Below, piece by piece: positions 1 to 10,320 of a DNA stretch of 64,000 bases. Numbering within the stretch: the stretch's first letter is position 1; each line of letters opens with the position of its first letter. Below the pieces are notes generated by a model. It made no database searches, was not told where the DNA came from, and was given only the letters and a program-made list of their open reading frames with translations. A program made the translations under genes and the position numbers. This stretch comes from Sphaerotilus sp. (GTDB lineage Bacteria > Pseudomonadota > Gammaproteobacteria > Burkholderiales > Burkholderiaceae_C): contig JAAFKB010000007.1 of NCBI GenBank assembly GCA_013299055.1, positions 202 through 64,201 of the forward strand. Reading direction: 5' to 3'.

Positions 1-208
1 GAACGGCGCCTGGGTCACGATGGGCATCCCGTCGGGTGGCGAATACGGTATCCCGGCTGAAACGATGTTCGGCTACCCCGTCACCTGCGAAGGTGGCGAG
101 TACAAGATCGTCGAAGGGCTGTCCATCGACGCGTTCTCGCAGGAATGCATCAACAAGACCCTGGCCGAACTCGACGGCGAGAAAGACGGCGTCAAGCACC
201 TGCTCTGA
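1..208 (+). CDS. mdh: Malate dehydrogenase, 3' end (starts upstream of the window)
   Basis: Translation [26 protein letters not shown]...[22 protein letters not shown] matches the C-terminus of betaproteobacterial MDH; sits next to citE-like and acnB genes. Confidence 0.9.
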   Translation, partial: NGAWVTMGIPSGGEYGIPAETMFGYPVTCEGGEYKIVEGLSIDAFSQECINKTLAELDGEKDGVKHLL

Positions 209-240
209 TGCGCTGAATCCGGGACTGCGGTCCACAATGC

Positions 241-275
241 AAGGCCGGCTGCTTCAGGCGCCGGCCTTTTTCTTT
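241..275 (+). terminator. Rho-independent terminator after mdh
   Basis: AAGGCCGGC-10 nt loop-GCCGGCCTT followed by TTTCTTT. Confidence 0.75.
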
Positions 276-285
276 GAGGTGTGAC

Positions 286-1308
286 ATGAACAAAGTCCAT
301 CCCCGCGACGCCCTGTTCGACGCCAGCGATGTGCCCGTGCCCGAGCTGCCGGTGTGCGACCACTACGCCGGCGTCGAAGTCCGGATGCGCAAGAGCCTGG
401 AGCTGCAGGCGGAACTTGGTCCCGTCTTCGACATCACGCTCGACGGCGAGGATGGCGCTCCCGTCGGCGGTGAAGTCGAGCACGCGCACCTGATCGCCGA
501 GCTGGCCCTGTCGCCCCAGAACCACTTCGGCCGTGTCGGTGCCCGCGTGCAGACCGTCGATCACCCGGCCTTCGAGCGCATGGTCGATGTCGTCGTCGGA
601 CGGGCGGGCGAGCGGCTGGCCTACCTGATGGTGCCCAAGCCGCGGGGCCTCGCCGATCTGGAGCGGGCGATCGGCGTCATCGACGAAGCCATCGCCCGCC
701 ACGGCGTGTCGCGCCAGATCCCCGTGCATGCGCTGGTCGAAACGCATGGGGCGCTGCGCGAGGTGCAGGCACTGGCCGCCCATCCGCGCATCGAGTCGCT
801 GTCGTTCGGGTTGATGGATTTCGTCTCCGACCACCGTGGCGCCATTCCGCAGAGCGGCATGACCGTCAAGGGCCAGTTCGAACACCCGCTGGTGATGCGC
901 GCCAAGCTGGAAATCTCTGCTGCCTGCCACGCCTGGGGCAAGGTGCCTTCGCACTGCGTCGTGACCGAGTTCAAGCACCTGTCCGCGTTGCAAGAGGCTG
1001 CAACCCGAGCGTGCCGGCAACTCGGCTACACGCGCATGTGGAGCATCCACCCGGACCAGATCCGCCCGATCGTCGATGCCTTCTCGCCGACCACGGCCGA
1101 GGTCGATCAGGCCGCCGAGATCCTGCTGGACGCCCAGGCCAACGGCTGGGGTCCGATCCGCCACCGCCACCACGGACAGGACACGCTGCACGACCGGGCC
1201 AGCTACCGCTACTTCTGGCATGTGCTGGAGCGCGCGCACCGCACGTCCGGCACGGGCGCTGGCCAATTGCCGGGCGAGGTGCGGCTGGCGTTTTTCGGGG
1301 ACGCCTGA
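286..1308 (+). CDS. HpcH/HpaI aldolase / citrate lyase beta (CitE) family protein
   Basis: Motifs LDGEDGA, LMVPK, ALVET, FGLMDF, MWSIHPDQI; GAGGT RBS upstream of ATG 286. Confidence 0.85.
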   Translation: MNKVHPRDALFDASDVPVPELPVCDHYAGVEVRMRKSLELQAELGPVFDITLDGEDGAPVGGEVEHAHLIAELALSPQNHFGRVGARVQTVDHPAFERMVDVVVGRAGERLAYLMVPKPRGLADLERAIGVIDEAIARHGVSRQIPVHALVETHGALREVQALAAHPRIESLSFGLMDFVSDHRGAIPQSGMTVKGQFEHPLVMRAKLEISAACHAWGKVPSHCVVTEFKHLSALQEAATRACRQLGYTRMWSIHPDQIRPIVDAFSPTTAEVDQAAEILLDAQANGWGPIRHRHHGQDTLHDRASYRYFWHVLERAHRTSGTGAGQLPGEVRLAFFGDA

Positions 1309-1429
1309 GGGTGTGGAAAACTGCACGACTGTGACGCCGCAGCCACCCGGATGCCGACCGGGTTAAGGATGCTGGCTGGGTGGTCCGATATGGTTCGCTC
1401 CCGCCTGCTCGTTGAATCCGGAGTCCTTG

Positions 1430-1879
1430 ATGCCCCACACCACCCCTGTTACCGTGCGTTCCCTGACCGCTGTTCTGGTTGCTGCTGCCTGTGTACTGAG
1501 CGCCGGTTCGGCGTCGGCGACTACCAAGAAAGCCAAGCCTGCGCACGCGGCCCAACCCGCCCAGCCCGCGCCCCTCGCCGACCTCAGCGAGGAACAGCTC
1601 GCCAACGCCGAGCGGGTGCTGACCGGCGCCCAGGCGTGCGAGTTCAACCAGACCATTGCCGTCGAAGGGGCGCCGGAGAAAGCCGGCTACTTCCACATCG
1701 TCTTCAAGGGCAAGAAGTACCTGCTGGCGCCCGAGCCGACCACCACGGGCGCTGTCCGTCTGGAGGACAAGAAGGCTGGCGTGGTGTGGTTGCAAATCGC
1801 CAACAAGTCGATGCTGATGAACGCCAAGATCGGGCAGCGCATGGTGGACGAATGCATCCATCCGAGCCAGAAGGTTTGA
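1430..1879 (+). CDS. Secreted hypothetical protein upstream of acnB
   Basis: GGAG RBS before ATG 1430; signal peptide (LVAAACVLSAGSASA); motif TTTGAVRLED..WLQIANKSMLMN..GQRMVDEC; host-like codon usage. Confidence 0.75.
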   Translation: MPHTTPVTVRSLTAVLVAAACVLSAGSASATTKKAKPAHAAQPAQPAPLADLSEEQLANAERVLTGAQACEFNQTIAVEGAPEKAGYFHIVFKGKKYLLAPEPTTTGAVRLEDKKAGVVWLQIANKSMLMNAKIGQRMVDECIHPSQKV

Positions 1880-1924
1880 GCGCAGTGCCACATTGGCACA
1901 TCACGGCACATCAGGACTTGGCAA

Positions 1925-1943
1925 GTCTTATATAAGACATAAA
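1925..1943. promoter_or_regulatory. Palindromic operator upstream of acnB (SdhR/GntR-type)
   Basis: Perfect 14-bp palindrome GTCTTATATAAGAC extended by ATAA; resembles the TCTTATATAAGA-core site of the GntR-family TCA regulator in Burkholderiales (recalled, not searched). Confidence 0.7.
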
Positions 1944-1995
1944 ATACCGGACTTACCCCAAGTCCGGGGTTCAGCCACACCGCACGGAGCTTTTC

Positions 1996-4587
1996 ATGCT
2001 GCAAGCCTATCGCCAACACGCCGCTGAACGCGCTGCGCTCGGCATCCCGCCCCTCGCGCTCGATGCCAAGCAAGTCGCCGACCTGATCGAGCTGATCAAG
2101 AACCCGCCGGCTGGCGAGGACGCGTTCCTGCTGGACCTGCTGACGCACCGTGTTCCCCCCGGTGTGGACGATGCGGCCAAGGTCAAGGCGTCGTTCCTGG
2201 CCGCTGTCGCGCACGGTGACATCGCCGTCGCGCTGGTCTCCAAGGCCAAGGCCACCGAGCTGCTCGGCACCATGGTGGGCGGCTACAACGTGCATCCGCT
2301 GATCGAGCTGCTCGACGACGCCGAAGTGGCTGGCGTGGCGGCGCAAGGGTTGAAGAAGACCCTGCTGATGTTCGACTTCTTCAACGATGTCGCCGAGAAG
2401 GCCAAGGCCGGCAACGCCAAGGCCCAGGAAGTCATGCAGTCGTGGGCCGACGCCGAGTGGTTCACGACGCGCCCGGAAGTGCCGCAGTCGATCACCGTGA
2501 CCGTGTTCAAGGTGCCCGGCGAGACCAACACCGACGACCTGTCCCCGGCCCCGGATGCGTGGAGCCGCCCGGACATCCCGCTGCACTACCTCGCGATGCT
2601 GAAGAACACCCGCGAAGGCGCGGCGTTCGTGCCCGAGGACGACGGCAAGCGCGGCCCGATGCAGTTCATCGAAGACCTGAAGAAAAAGGGCAACCTCGTC
2701 GCCTACGTCGGCGACGTGGTCGGCACGGGTTCTTCGCGCAAGTCGGCCACCAACTCGGTGATCTGGGCCACGGGGCAGGACATCCCCTTCGTGCCGAACA
2801 AGCGTTTCGGCGGCGTCACGCTCGGCGGCAAGATCGCCCCGATCTTCTTCAACACGCAGGAAGACTCCGGTTCGCTGCCCATCGAAGTTGATGTCACCAA
2901 GCTCGAAATGGGCGACGTGATCGACGTGCTGCCGTATGAAGGCAAGCTCGTGCGCAACGGCGAGACCGTCGTCGAGTTCAAGCTGAAGAGCGAAGTGCTG
3001 TTCGACGAAGTGCGCGCCGGTGGCCGGATCAACCTGATCATCGGCCGCTCGCTGACCGCCAAGGCCCGCGAGTTCCTGAACCTGCCCGCCTCGACGCTGT
3101 TCCGCCTGCCTTCGACCCCGACTGCCACCAACGCCGGCTTCACGCTGGCGCAGAAGATGGTCGGCCGTGCCGTCGGTCTGCCGGAAGGCCAGGGCGTGCG
3201 TCCCGGCACCTACTGCGAGCCGAAGATGACCACCGTGGGTTCGCAGGACACCACCGGCCCGATGACCCGCGACGAGCTGAAGGACCTGGCCTGCCTGGGC
3301 TTCTCGGCCGATCTGGTGATGCAGTCGTTCTGCCACACCGCCGCGTACCCGAAGCCGGTCGATGTCAAGACGCACCGCGAGCTGCCCAAGTTCATCTCCA
3401 GCCGCGGTGGTGTTTCGCTGCGTCCGGGCGACGGCGTGATCCACTCATGGCTGAACCGCCTGCTGCTGCCCGACACCGTCGGTACCGGTGGTGACTCGCA
3501 CACCCGTTTCCCGATCGGCATCTCGTTCCCGGCTGGCTCCGGTCTGGTCGCCTTCGGTGCCGCCACCGGCGTGATGCCGCTGGACATGCCGGAATCGGTG
3601 CTGGTGCGCTTCAAGGGCCAGATGCAGCCCGGCATCACCCTGCGCGATCTCGTCCATGCGATCCCGCTGTACGCCATCAAGGCTGGTCTGCTGACGGTGG
3701 CCAAGGCCGGCAAGATCAACGTGTTCTCGGGCCGCATCCTCGAAATCGAAGGCTTGCCGGACCTGAAGGTCGAGCAGGCGTTCGAGCTGTCCGACGCTTC
3801 GGCTGAACGCTCGGCTGCTGGCTGCACGGTCAAGTTGAACCCGGCACCGATCCAGGAATACCTCACCAGCAACACCGTGCTGATGAAGAACATGATCGCC
3901 GACGGTTACGCCGACGCCCGCACGCTGGCCCGCCGCATCGAGAAGGTCGAAGCCTGGCTCGCCAACCCGAACCTGCTCGAAGCCGACCAGGACGCCGAAT
4001 ACGCGGCCGTGATCGAGATCGACCTGAACGAGCTGACCGAGCCTGTCCTCTGCTGCCCGAACGACCCGGACGACGCCAAGCTGCTGTCCGCGGTCGCCGG
4101 CGCCAAGATCGACGAGGTGTTCATCGGCTCCTGCATGACCAACATCGGGCACTTCCGCGCAGCCTCCAAGCTGCTCGAAGGCAAGCGCGACATCCCGGTC
4201 AAGCTGTGGATCGCGCCGCCGACCAAGATGGATGCGTCCGAGCTGACCAAGGAAGGCCACTACGGCGTGTTCGGCGCGGCCGGTGCGCGGACCGAGATGC
4301 CGGGCTGCTCGCTGTGCATGGGCAACCAGGCGCAGGTGCGTGAAGGCGCGACCGTGGTCTCGACTTCGACCCGCAACTTCCCGAACCGCCTGGGCAAGAA
4401 CACCTTCGTGTACCTGGCGTCGGCGGAACTGGCGGCGATCGCGTCCAAGCTGGGCCGCATCCCGACGGTGGCCGAATACGCCGCCGACATGGGCGTGATC
4501 AACAAGGACAGCAGCAAGATCTACACGTACCTGAACTTCGACCAGATCGAGGAGTACGCGGACGTGGCCAAGGGCGTGACCGCCTGA
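1996..4587 (+). CDS. acnB: Aconitate hydratase B / 2-methylisocitrate dehydratase
   Basis: 863 aa; [68 protein letters not shown]. Confidence 0.98.
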   Translation: MLQAYRQHAAERAALGIPPLALDAKQVADLIELIKNPPAGEDAFLLDLLTHRVPPGVDDAAKVKASFLAAVAHGDIAVALVSKAKATELLGTMVGGYNVHPLIELLDDAEVAGVAAQGLKKTLLMFDFFNDVAEKAKAGNAKAQEVMQSWADAEWFTTRPEVPQSITVTVFKVPGETNTDDLSPAPDAWSRPDIPLHYLAMLKNTREGAAFVPEDDGKRGPMQFIEDLKKKGNLVAYVGDVVGTGSSRKSATNSVIWATGQDIPFVPNKRFGGVTLGGKIAPIFFNTQEDSGSLPIEVDVTKLEMGDVIDVLPYEGKLVRNGETVVEFKLKSEVLFDEVRAGGRINLIIGRSLTAKAREFLNLPASTLFRLPSTPTATNAGFTLAQKMVGRAVGLPEGQGVRPGTYCEPKMTTVGSQDTTGPMTRDELKDLACLGFSADLVMQSFCHTAAYPKPVDVKTHRELPKFISSRGGVSLRPGDGVIHSWLNRLLLPDTVGTGGDSHTRFPIGISFPAGSGLVAFGAATGVMPLDMPESVLVRFKGQMQPGITLRDLVHAIPLYAIKAGLLTVAKAGKINVFSGRILEIEGLPDLKVEQAFELSDASAERSAAGCTVKLNPAPIQEYLTSNTVLMKNMIADGYADARTLARRIEKVEAWLANPNLLEADQDAEYAAVIEIDLNELTEPVLCCPNDPDDAKLLSAVAGAKIDEVFIGSCMTNIGHFRAASKLLEGKRDIPVKLWIAPPTKMDASELTKEGHYGVFGAAGARTEMPGCSLCMGNQAQVREGATVVSTSTRNFPNRLGKNTFVYLASAELAAIASKLGRIPTVAEYAADMGVINKDSSKIYTYLNFDQIEEYADVAKGVTA

Positions 4588-4609
4588 CGGTTCAGCCCCT
4601 GCTGACGAT

Positions 4610-4639
4610 GGCCCGCCGATGGCGGGCCTTTTCGTTTTT
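4610..4639 (+). terminator. Rho-independent terminator after acnB
   Basis: GGCCCGCC-GAT-GGCGGGCC followed by TTTTCGTTTTT. Confidence 0.85.
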
Positions 4640-4695
4640 GCGATGCCACAATTCGTGGTCTGTCGCCCTGCGTCGCCCCTCCTGACCGCGCCCAC

Positions 4696-7600
4696 ATGCC
4701 TTCATCCAAGTCCACCTACGATCGCAGCGCGGGCGCACCCGGTCTTGTCGTCAAGGAAGAGCAGATCGAATACGGCTTCATCGGCAAGCTGCAAGACCTG
4801 AAATACGCATACCGTTCCGACATCCGGGACCGGCTCGCACTGGAGCGCAACTTCCGCGAGAAGTTCGAAACGCTCAACCGCGTTCACCTGAGTGACGGCG
4901 AGTTCACCCGCCTGCTGGAAGACATCGTCACGCCGGACGTCTTCACCGCCGCCCGCACCCTGCGCGAGCGCAACGCCTTCACGCGCGACGACGGCACCCC
5001 GCTGAACTACACCCTGGTCAACCTCAAGGACTGGTGCAAGAACACGTTCGAGGTGGTCAACCAGTTGCGCATCAACACGGACCACAGCCACCACCGGTAC
5101 GACGTTCTCATCCTCATCAACGGCGTGCCCTGTGTGCAGATCGAGCTGAAGACGCTGAACATCAGCCCGCGGCGGGCGATGGAACAGATCGTCGAGTACA
5201 AGAACGACCCGGGCAACGGCTACGCCAGGACGCTGCTCAGCTTCGTGCAACTGTTCATCGTCAGCAACCGCACCGACACCTGGTACTTCGCCAACAACAA
5301 CGCCCGGCACTTCACGTTCAATGCCGAAGAGCGTTTCCTGCCCATCTACCAGTACGCCGACGAGGCCAACCAGAAGATCACCCACCTCGACCATTTTGCC
5401 GAGACCTTCCTCGCCAAGTGCACGCTGGGCCAGACCCTGAGCCGCTACATGGTGCTGGTCGCCAGCGAACAGAAGCTGCTGATGATGCGGCCGTACCAGG
5501 TGTACGCCGTCAAGGCCATCGTGGACTGCATTCACCAGAACTGCGGCAACGGCTACATCTGGCACACCACCGGCAGCGGCAAGACGCTCACGTCCTTCAA
5601 GGCATCCACCCTGCTCAAGGACAACCCGGACATCGAGAAATGCCTGTTCGTGGTGGACCGCAAAGACCTGGACCGCCAGACCCGCGAAGAATTCAACCGC
5701 TTCCAGGACGGCTGCGTTGAAGAAAACACCAACACCGGCGCGCTGGTGCGTCGTCTGCTGTCAGGCGACTACGCCGACAAGGTCATCGTCACCACCATCC
5801 AGAAGCTGGGCCTGGCGCTGGACGAGAACAGCAAGCGCAACAAGCAGCGCAAGAAGAGCGACCAGAAGACCTACAAGGAACAGCTGCAGCCGTTGAGCGA
5901 CAAACGCATCGTCTTCATCTTCGATGAATGCCACCGATCGCAGTTTGGTGACAACCACCAGGCCATCAAGGACTTCTTCCCCAAGGCGCAGCTCTTCGGC
6001 TTCACCGGCACACCCATCTTTGAGGACAACGCCACCGCCCGGCAGATCGAGGGCGAGGAGGCGCAGTTCAAGACCACCGAAGACCTGTTCCAGAAGCGGC
6101 TGCACGCCTACACCATCACCCACGCGATTGAAGACGCCAATGTGCTGCGCTTCCATGTGGACTACTACAAGCCCGAGGGCAAGAAACCACCCAAACCCGG
6201 CGAAGCCTTGGCCAAGAAGGCCGTGATCGACGCCATCCTCGCCAAGCACGACACTGCCACCGCCGGGCGCCGCTTCAATGCGATTCTGGCCACCGCCAGC
6301 ATCAACGATGCCATCGAGTACCACGCCCTGTTCGGCGCACTGCAGCAAGCCAAGGCCGAGGCCAACCCCGACTTCGTGCCCCTGAACATCGCCTGCGTGT
6401 TCTCGCCGCCGGCCGAGGGCGACGCCGACGTGAGGCAACTGCAGCAAGACCTGCCGCAGGAAAAGGCCGACAACGAAGAAGACCCCGAGGGCAAGAAGGC
6501 GGCGCTCAGGGCCATCCTGGCGGGCTACAACACGCGCTATGGCACGAACCACACGGTGGGCGAGTTCGACCTGTACTACCAGGACGTGCAAAATCGCATC
6601 AAGGACCAGCAGTGGCCCAACGCCGACTACCCCGCGGCCAAGAAGATCGACATCACCATCGTGGTGGACATGCTGCTCACCGGGTTTGACAGCAAGTACC
6701 TGAACACGCTGTACGTGGACAAGAACCTGAAGCACCACGGGCTGATCCAGGCGTTCTCGCGCACCAACCGCGTGCTCAACGGCAGCAAGCCCTACGGCAA
6801 CATCCTCGACTTCCGCCAGCAGCAGGACAATGTGGACGCGGCCATCGCCCTGTTCTCCGGCGAGAAGACCGGCGAGCAGGCCCGCAAGATCTGGCTGGTG
6901 GACAAGGCCCCGGTGGTCATTGAAAAGCTCGATGCGGCCGTGCAGAAGCTGGCCGACTTCCTGCAGAGCCAGGGTCTGGCCTGTGCGCCCGAGGCGGTGC
7001 CGCAGCTCAAGGGGGACGAGGCCCGCGCCGCGTTCATCAAGGCGTTCAAGGAGGTGCAGCGCCTGAAGACCCAGCTCGACCAGTACACCGACCTGACCGA
7101 GGACCACGCGGCGGCCATTGAGGACATCCTGCCCCGCGAAGACCTGCAGGCGTTTCGCGGGGTGTACCTGGAGACGGCGCAGCGGCTCAAGGCGCAGCAA
7201 GACCAGGCCAACCGGGAAGGCGAGGGCGCCGTCGCTGGTGCGGTGGATGAACTCGACTTCGAGTTCGTGCTCTTCGCCTCCGCTGTCATCGACTACGACT
7301 ACATCATGGGCTTGATGGCCCGCTTCTCGCAGCAGGGTGCGGGCAGCGGCAAGCTCACGATGAGCCGGGAACAGCTCATCGGCCTCATCGCGGCAGATGC
7401 CAAGTTCATGGACGAGCGCGACGACATCGCTGCGTACATCGGCACCCTCCAGGCGGGTGAAGGTCTGAGCGAGCAGGCCATCAGCGAGGGCTATCTGCGC
7501 TTCAAGAAGGAAAAGGATGGCGCCGAGCTGGCCGGCATCGCCTCTCGGCACGGGCTGGCGGCTGAGGCCCTGCAAGCTTTCGTGGACGGCACGCTGCAAC

Positions 7601-7764
7601 GCCTGATCCTGGACAGCGACGCGCTGGGCGACCTGATGGCGCCGCTGGATCTGGGCTGGAAGGCGCGTGCGCAGGCCGAGACGGTGTTGATGGCCGAGTT
7701 GATGCCGCTGCTGAACAAGCGGGCGCAGGGCGGCGAGATTTCAGGGCTGAGTGCGTATGAGTGA
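4696..7764 (+). CDS. hsdR: Type I restriction endonuclease subunit R
   Basis: Nuclease motif RYDVLILINGVPCVQIELK; Walker A HTTGSGKT; DECHR; GFTGTP; VVDMLLTGFD; QAFSRTNR. Confidence 0.95.
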   Translation: MPSSKSTYDRSAGAPGLVVKEEQIEYGFIGKLQDLKYAYRSDIRDRLALERNFREKFETLNRVHLSDGEFTRLLEDIVTPDVFTAARTLRERNAFTRDDGTPLNYTLVNLKDWCKNTFEVVNQLRINTDHSHHRYDVLILINGVPCVQIELKTLNISPRRAMEQIVEYKNDPGNGYARTLLSFVQLFIVSNRTDTWYFANNNARHFTFNAEERFLPIYQYADEANQKITHLDHFAETFLAKCTLGQTLSRYMVLVASEQKLLMMRPYQVYAVKAIVDCIHQNCGNGYIWHTTGSGKTLTSFKASTLLKDNPDIEKCLFVVDRKDLDRQTREEFNRFQDGCVEENTNTGALVRRLLSGDYADKVIVTTIQKLGLALDENSKRNKQRKKSDQKTYKEQLQPLSDKRIVFIFDECHRSQFGDNHQAIKDFFPKAQLFGFTGTPIFEDNATARQIEGEEAQFKTTEDLFQKRLHAYTITHAIEDANVLRFHVDYYKPEGKKPPKPGEALAKKAVIDAILAKHDTATAGRRFNAILATASINDAIEYHALFGALQQAKAEANPDFVPLNIACVFSPPAEGDADVRQLQQDLPQEKADNEEDPEGKKAALRAILAGYNTRYGTNHTVGEFDLYYQDVQNRIKDQQWPNADYPAAKKIDITIVVDMLLTGFDSKYLNTLYVDKNLKHHGLIQAFSRTNRVLNGSKPYGNILDFRQQQDNVDAAIALFSGEKTGEQARKIWLVDKAPVVIEKLDAAVQKLADFLQSQGLACAPEAVPQLKGDEARAAFIKAFKEVQRLKTQLDQYTDLTEDHAAAIEDILPREDLQAFRGVYLETAQRLKAQQDQANREGEGAVAGAVDELDFEFVLFASAVIDYDYIMGLMARFSQQGAGSGKLTMSREQLIGLIAADAKFMDERDDIAAYIGTLQAGEGLSEQAISEGYLRFKKEKDGAELAGIASRHGLAAEALQAFVDGTLQRLILDSDALGDLMAPLDLGWKARAQAETVLMAELMPLLNKRAQGGEISGLSAYE

Positions 7765-7800
7765 ACAGCCGCTGACCGATCCCAACACAAAGGACACACC

Positions 7801-8406
7801 ATGGTCTTGGCCAACAAACTGAATATTGCAAGCCAGGTTGAACTCAACAGGGCAGAAGAAAAGCTCAGCAAACAAAAAGCCAAGCAGTTGTTTGAAAGCG
7901 GCGATATTGACAAGGTGGATGTGGGTACCTTTGCCGGCTTGGCGTATGTCCATGCGTATCTGTTTGACGAGGTGTATGCCTTTGCTGGGCAAGTGCGTGA
8001 CGTGAATCTGGCGAAGGGAAATTTCCGGTTTGCGCCTGTCATGTACCTGCAGGCATCTCTGGCGCACATCAGCGCCATGCCGCAGCAGAGCTTTGAGCAG
8101 ATCATCGAAAAATACGTGGAAATGAACGTGGCCCATCCGTTTCGCGAAGGCAACGGGCGCGCGACACGCATCTGGCTGGACTTGATGCTGAAGAAGGAAA
8201 TCCGCCAGGTCATTGACTGGAATGCGGTGGACAAGGCTGAGTATTTGTCGGCCATGGAGCGCAGTGTGGTGAAGGATCTGGAAATCAAATACCTGCTCAA
8301 GAGTGCCTTGACGGACCAGATCAATGACCGCGAGCTGTACATGAAGGGCATTGATGTGAGTTACTACTATGAAGGCTATAGCGAATACCGGGTTGAGGAC
8401 TTGTGA
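7801..8406 (+). CDS. fic: Fic protein adenylyltransferase, class III (NmFic-like, C-terminal autoinhibitory helix)
   Basis: Canonical HPFREGNGRATR motif; C-terminal SYYYEG fits the (S/T)xxxE(G/N) inhibitory motif; AAGGA RBS; visibly more AT-rich than the flanks. Confidence 0.9.
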   Translation: MVLANKLNIASQVELNRAEEKLSKQKAKQLFESGDIDKVDVGTFAGLAYVHAYLFDEVYAFAGQVRDVNLAKGNFRFAPVMYLQASLAHISAMPQQSFEQIIEKYVEMNVAHPFREGNGRATRIWLDLMLKKEIRQVIDWNAVDKAEYLSAMERSVVKDLEIKYLLKSALTDQINDRELYMKGIDVSYYYEGYSEYRVEDL

Positions 8407-8618
8407 ACGAGCCCATCACAGTGCGTATGAGCAGCAAGAAAAAACCCATGCCAGCGAAGCAGAAACTGACACTGCCAGCCAGTGGTAGGGGCGCACTGCC
8501 AAAACGGGAGACAACGTCTCCCACATCTGAAGAAAAGGTGGGGAGCGTGTCTCTACCGCCCCGCAATGAGGACATGGAACGCTTCATTGCTCAAATCAGC
8601 AAGGAGGTGGCGACGTGA
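8403..8618 (+). CDS. Small hypothetical protein (alternative start ATG 8428 region)
   Basis: Overlaps the fic stop (GTGA) and the next gene start (GTGA), consistent with translational coupling; no family motif. Confidence 0.4.
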   Translation: MNEPITVRMSSKKKPMPAKQKLTLPASGRGALPKRETTSPTSEEKVGSVSLPPRNEDMERFIAQISKEVAT

Positions 8619-8974
8619 ACACCCAAGGCCCGTCATCCCAGGCGACTGCGCCGGGCTTGGACCCTTACCAGGACTTGCTCCATGTGCTTTCATCGGCCAT
8701 TGCCCCGCTGCAGGCACTGCACCTGCAGGCCGTCGAGACGCTGGCACCCACCGTTCAAGAAATCCTGCGCAGCCGCAGCCGGAATGCCCAATGGATCGAG
8801 CGCACGCTCGATCAACTTCTGAACCACGCTTGCATGCCCGAGGGCCTCGCTCTCTTCAAGGCCCTTTGCCGCCACTATTGGCAATTGGATCCGCAGGCCA
8901 CCGCAAGTTATATCAACGCCTACCGCGAGATGTGGGATGGCGAGGACAAGAACGAAAATGAGGGGGAGCCATGA
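8615..8974 (+). CDS. Hypothetical helical protein in the type I RM operon
   Basis: Strong AAGGAGG RBS before GTG 8615; stop overlaps the hsdS start (ATGA); 119 aa. Confidence 0.7.
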   Translation: MNTQGPSSQATAPGLDPYQDLLHVLSSAIAPLQALHLQAVETLAPTVQEILRSRSRNAQWIERTLDQLLNHACMPEGLALFKALCRHYWQLDPQATASYINAYREMWDGEDKNENEGEP

Positions 8975-10320
8975 GTTCAGAAATAAAAACCAGCGCCACG
9001 AAGGAAGAGGCTAAGTCCATGTTGGTGCCTAGGCTGAGGTTTCCGGAGTTTCGAGGGGTGGAGGGCTGGGTGCCTGAGTCAATGAGCAAACTCTATTCGT
9101 TCAAGCGCAGTAACTCACTCTCACGCGACAAACTGAACTATGTGGCTGGTTCGGTGAAGAATATTCATTACGGCGACATTCACACCAAGTTTTCGGCCCA
9201 CTTCGACATCACGCAGGAGTTTGTTCCATTCATCAATGAATCCGAGGGGGGCATTGTTATTGAGGAAAATCTGTGCGCCGAGGGTGACATCATTTTCGCA
9301 GATGCGTCCGAAGATTTGGCTGACATCGGTAAGTGCATTGAGATTGTCCGCTTGAACGAAGAGTGTGTGGTTTCGGGGCTGCATACGATTCTGGCCAGAC
9401 CGATGGCGGAACGAATTGCTTTAGGGTTTGGCGGACACCTCTTCAAATCGAGATGGGTTCGCTCTCAGATTCAGAAGGAGGCTCAAGGGGCGAAGGTCTT
9501 GGGCATATCTCCGACACGCCTGAGAAACCTGCGTCTGCCGCTGCCGAACGATAAAGCCGAACAACAAAAAGTTGCCGACTGCCTGAGTTCCTTGGACGAA
9601 CTGATCGCCGCGCAAGCCCGCAAAGTGGAGGCGCTCAAGACCCACAAAAAATGGCTGATGCAGCAGATTTTCCCCTGCGAGGGCGAGAGTCAGCCAAGTT
9701 TGCGCTTTCCTGAATTTCGGGGCTCGCGTCCTTGGGCGAGTGATTCTTTAGGAAAATTATTCGAAACCACTTCTGGTGGGACGCCAAGTCGATCGAATAG
9801 CGAATACTGGGGCGGAGGCATTCCATGGGTGACCACCACGCATGTGAATTTTGGTGTCATCACAGAAGCCGATGAATTCATCAGCGAAAGTGGTCTCAAT
9901 AAATCCTCCGCAAAAATATTCCCCTGCGGAACGGTTTTGATTGCCATGTATGGCCAAGGAAAGACGCGCGGGCAAGTTGCATTGTTGGGCATTGAAGCGA
10001 CGACGAACCAAGCCTGTGCCGCAATTCTCCCTGCCAAGAAAATCGATCCACTCTTCGTCTTCTTCAATCTGTCTGGTCGATATGAAGAACTCCGGCGCAT
10101 GAGCAATAGTGGCGGACAAGAAAATTTGAGTCAGGGGCTCATTCGAGAAATTTCATTCTCGTATCCCTCGGATGAAGCGGAACAGCAGCGCATCGTCTCT
10201 TGTCTGCAATCGCTCGACAATCTCATCACTGCCGCAACCCAAGAACTCGAAAACCTCAAGACCCACAAGAAGGGCCTGATGCAGCAGCTATTCCCCTCCG
10301 TCGAGGCACTTGAAGCATGA
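8971..10320 (+). CDS. hsdS: Type I RM specificity subunit
   Basis: Two variable TRDs separated by conserved repeats P(R/S)LRFPEFRG and EQQ..(V)..L.SLD.LI.A....E.LKTHKK.LMQQ.FP; AT-richer TRD DNA. Confidence 0.95.
   Translation: MSSEIKTSATKEEAKSMLVPRLRFPEFRGVEGWVPESMSKLYSFKRSNSLSRDKLNYVAGSVKNIHYGDIHTKFSAHFDITQEFVPFINESEGGIVIEENLCAEGDIIFADASEDLADIGKCIEIVRLNEECVVSGLHTILARPMAERIALGFGGHLFKSRWVRSQIQKEAQGAKVLGISPTRLRNLRLPLPNDKAEQQKVADCLSSLDELIAAQARKVEALKTHKKWLMQQIFPCEGESQPSLRFPEFRGSRPWASDSLGKLFETTSGGTPSRSNSEYWGGGIPWVTTTHVNFGVITEADEFISESGLNKSSAKIFPCGTVLIAMYGQGKTRGQVALLGIEATTNQACAAILPAKKIDPLFVFFNLSGRYEELRRMSNSGGQENLSQGLIREISFSYPSDEAEQQRIVSCLQSLDNLITAATQELENLKTHKKGLMQQLFPSVEALEA

Noticed and set aside
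9020-10300. Repeated segments in hsdS as an invertible shufflon
   Set aside because: They are the normal direct conserved repeats of HsdS; no inverted copy, second hsdS or recombinase is present.
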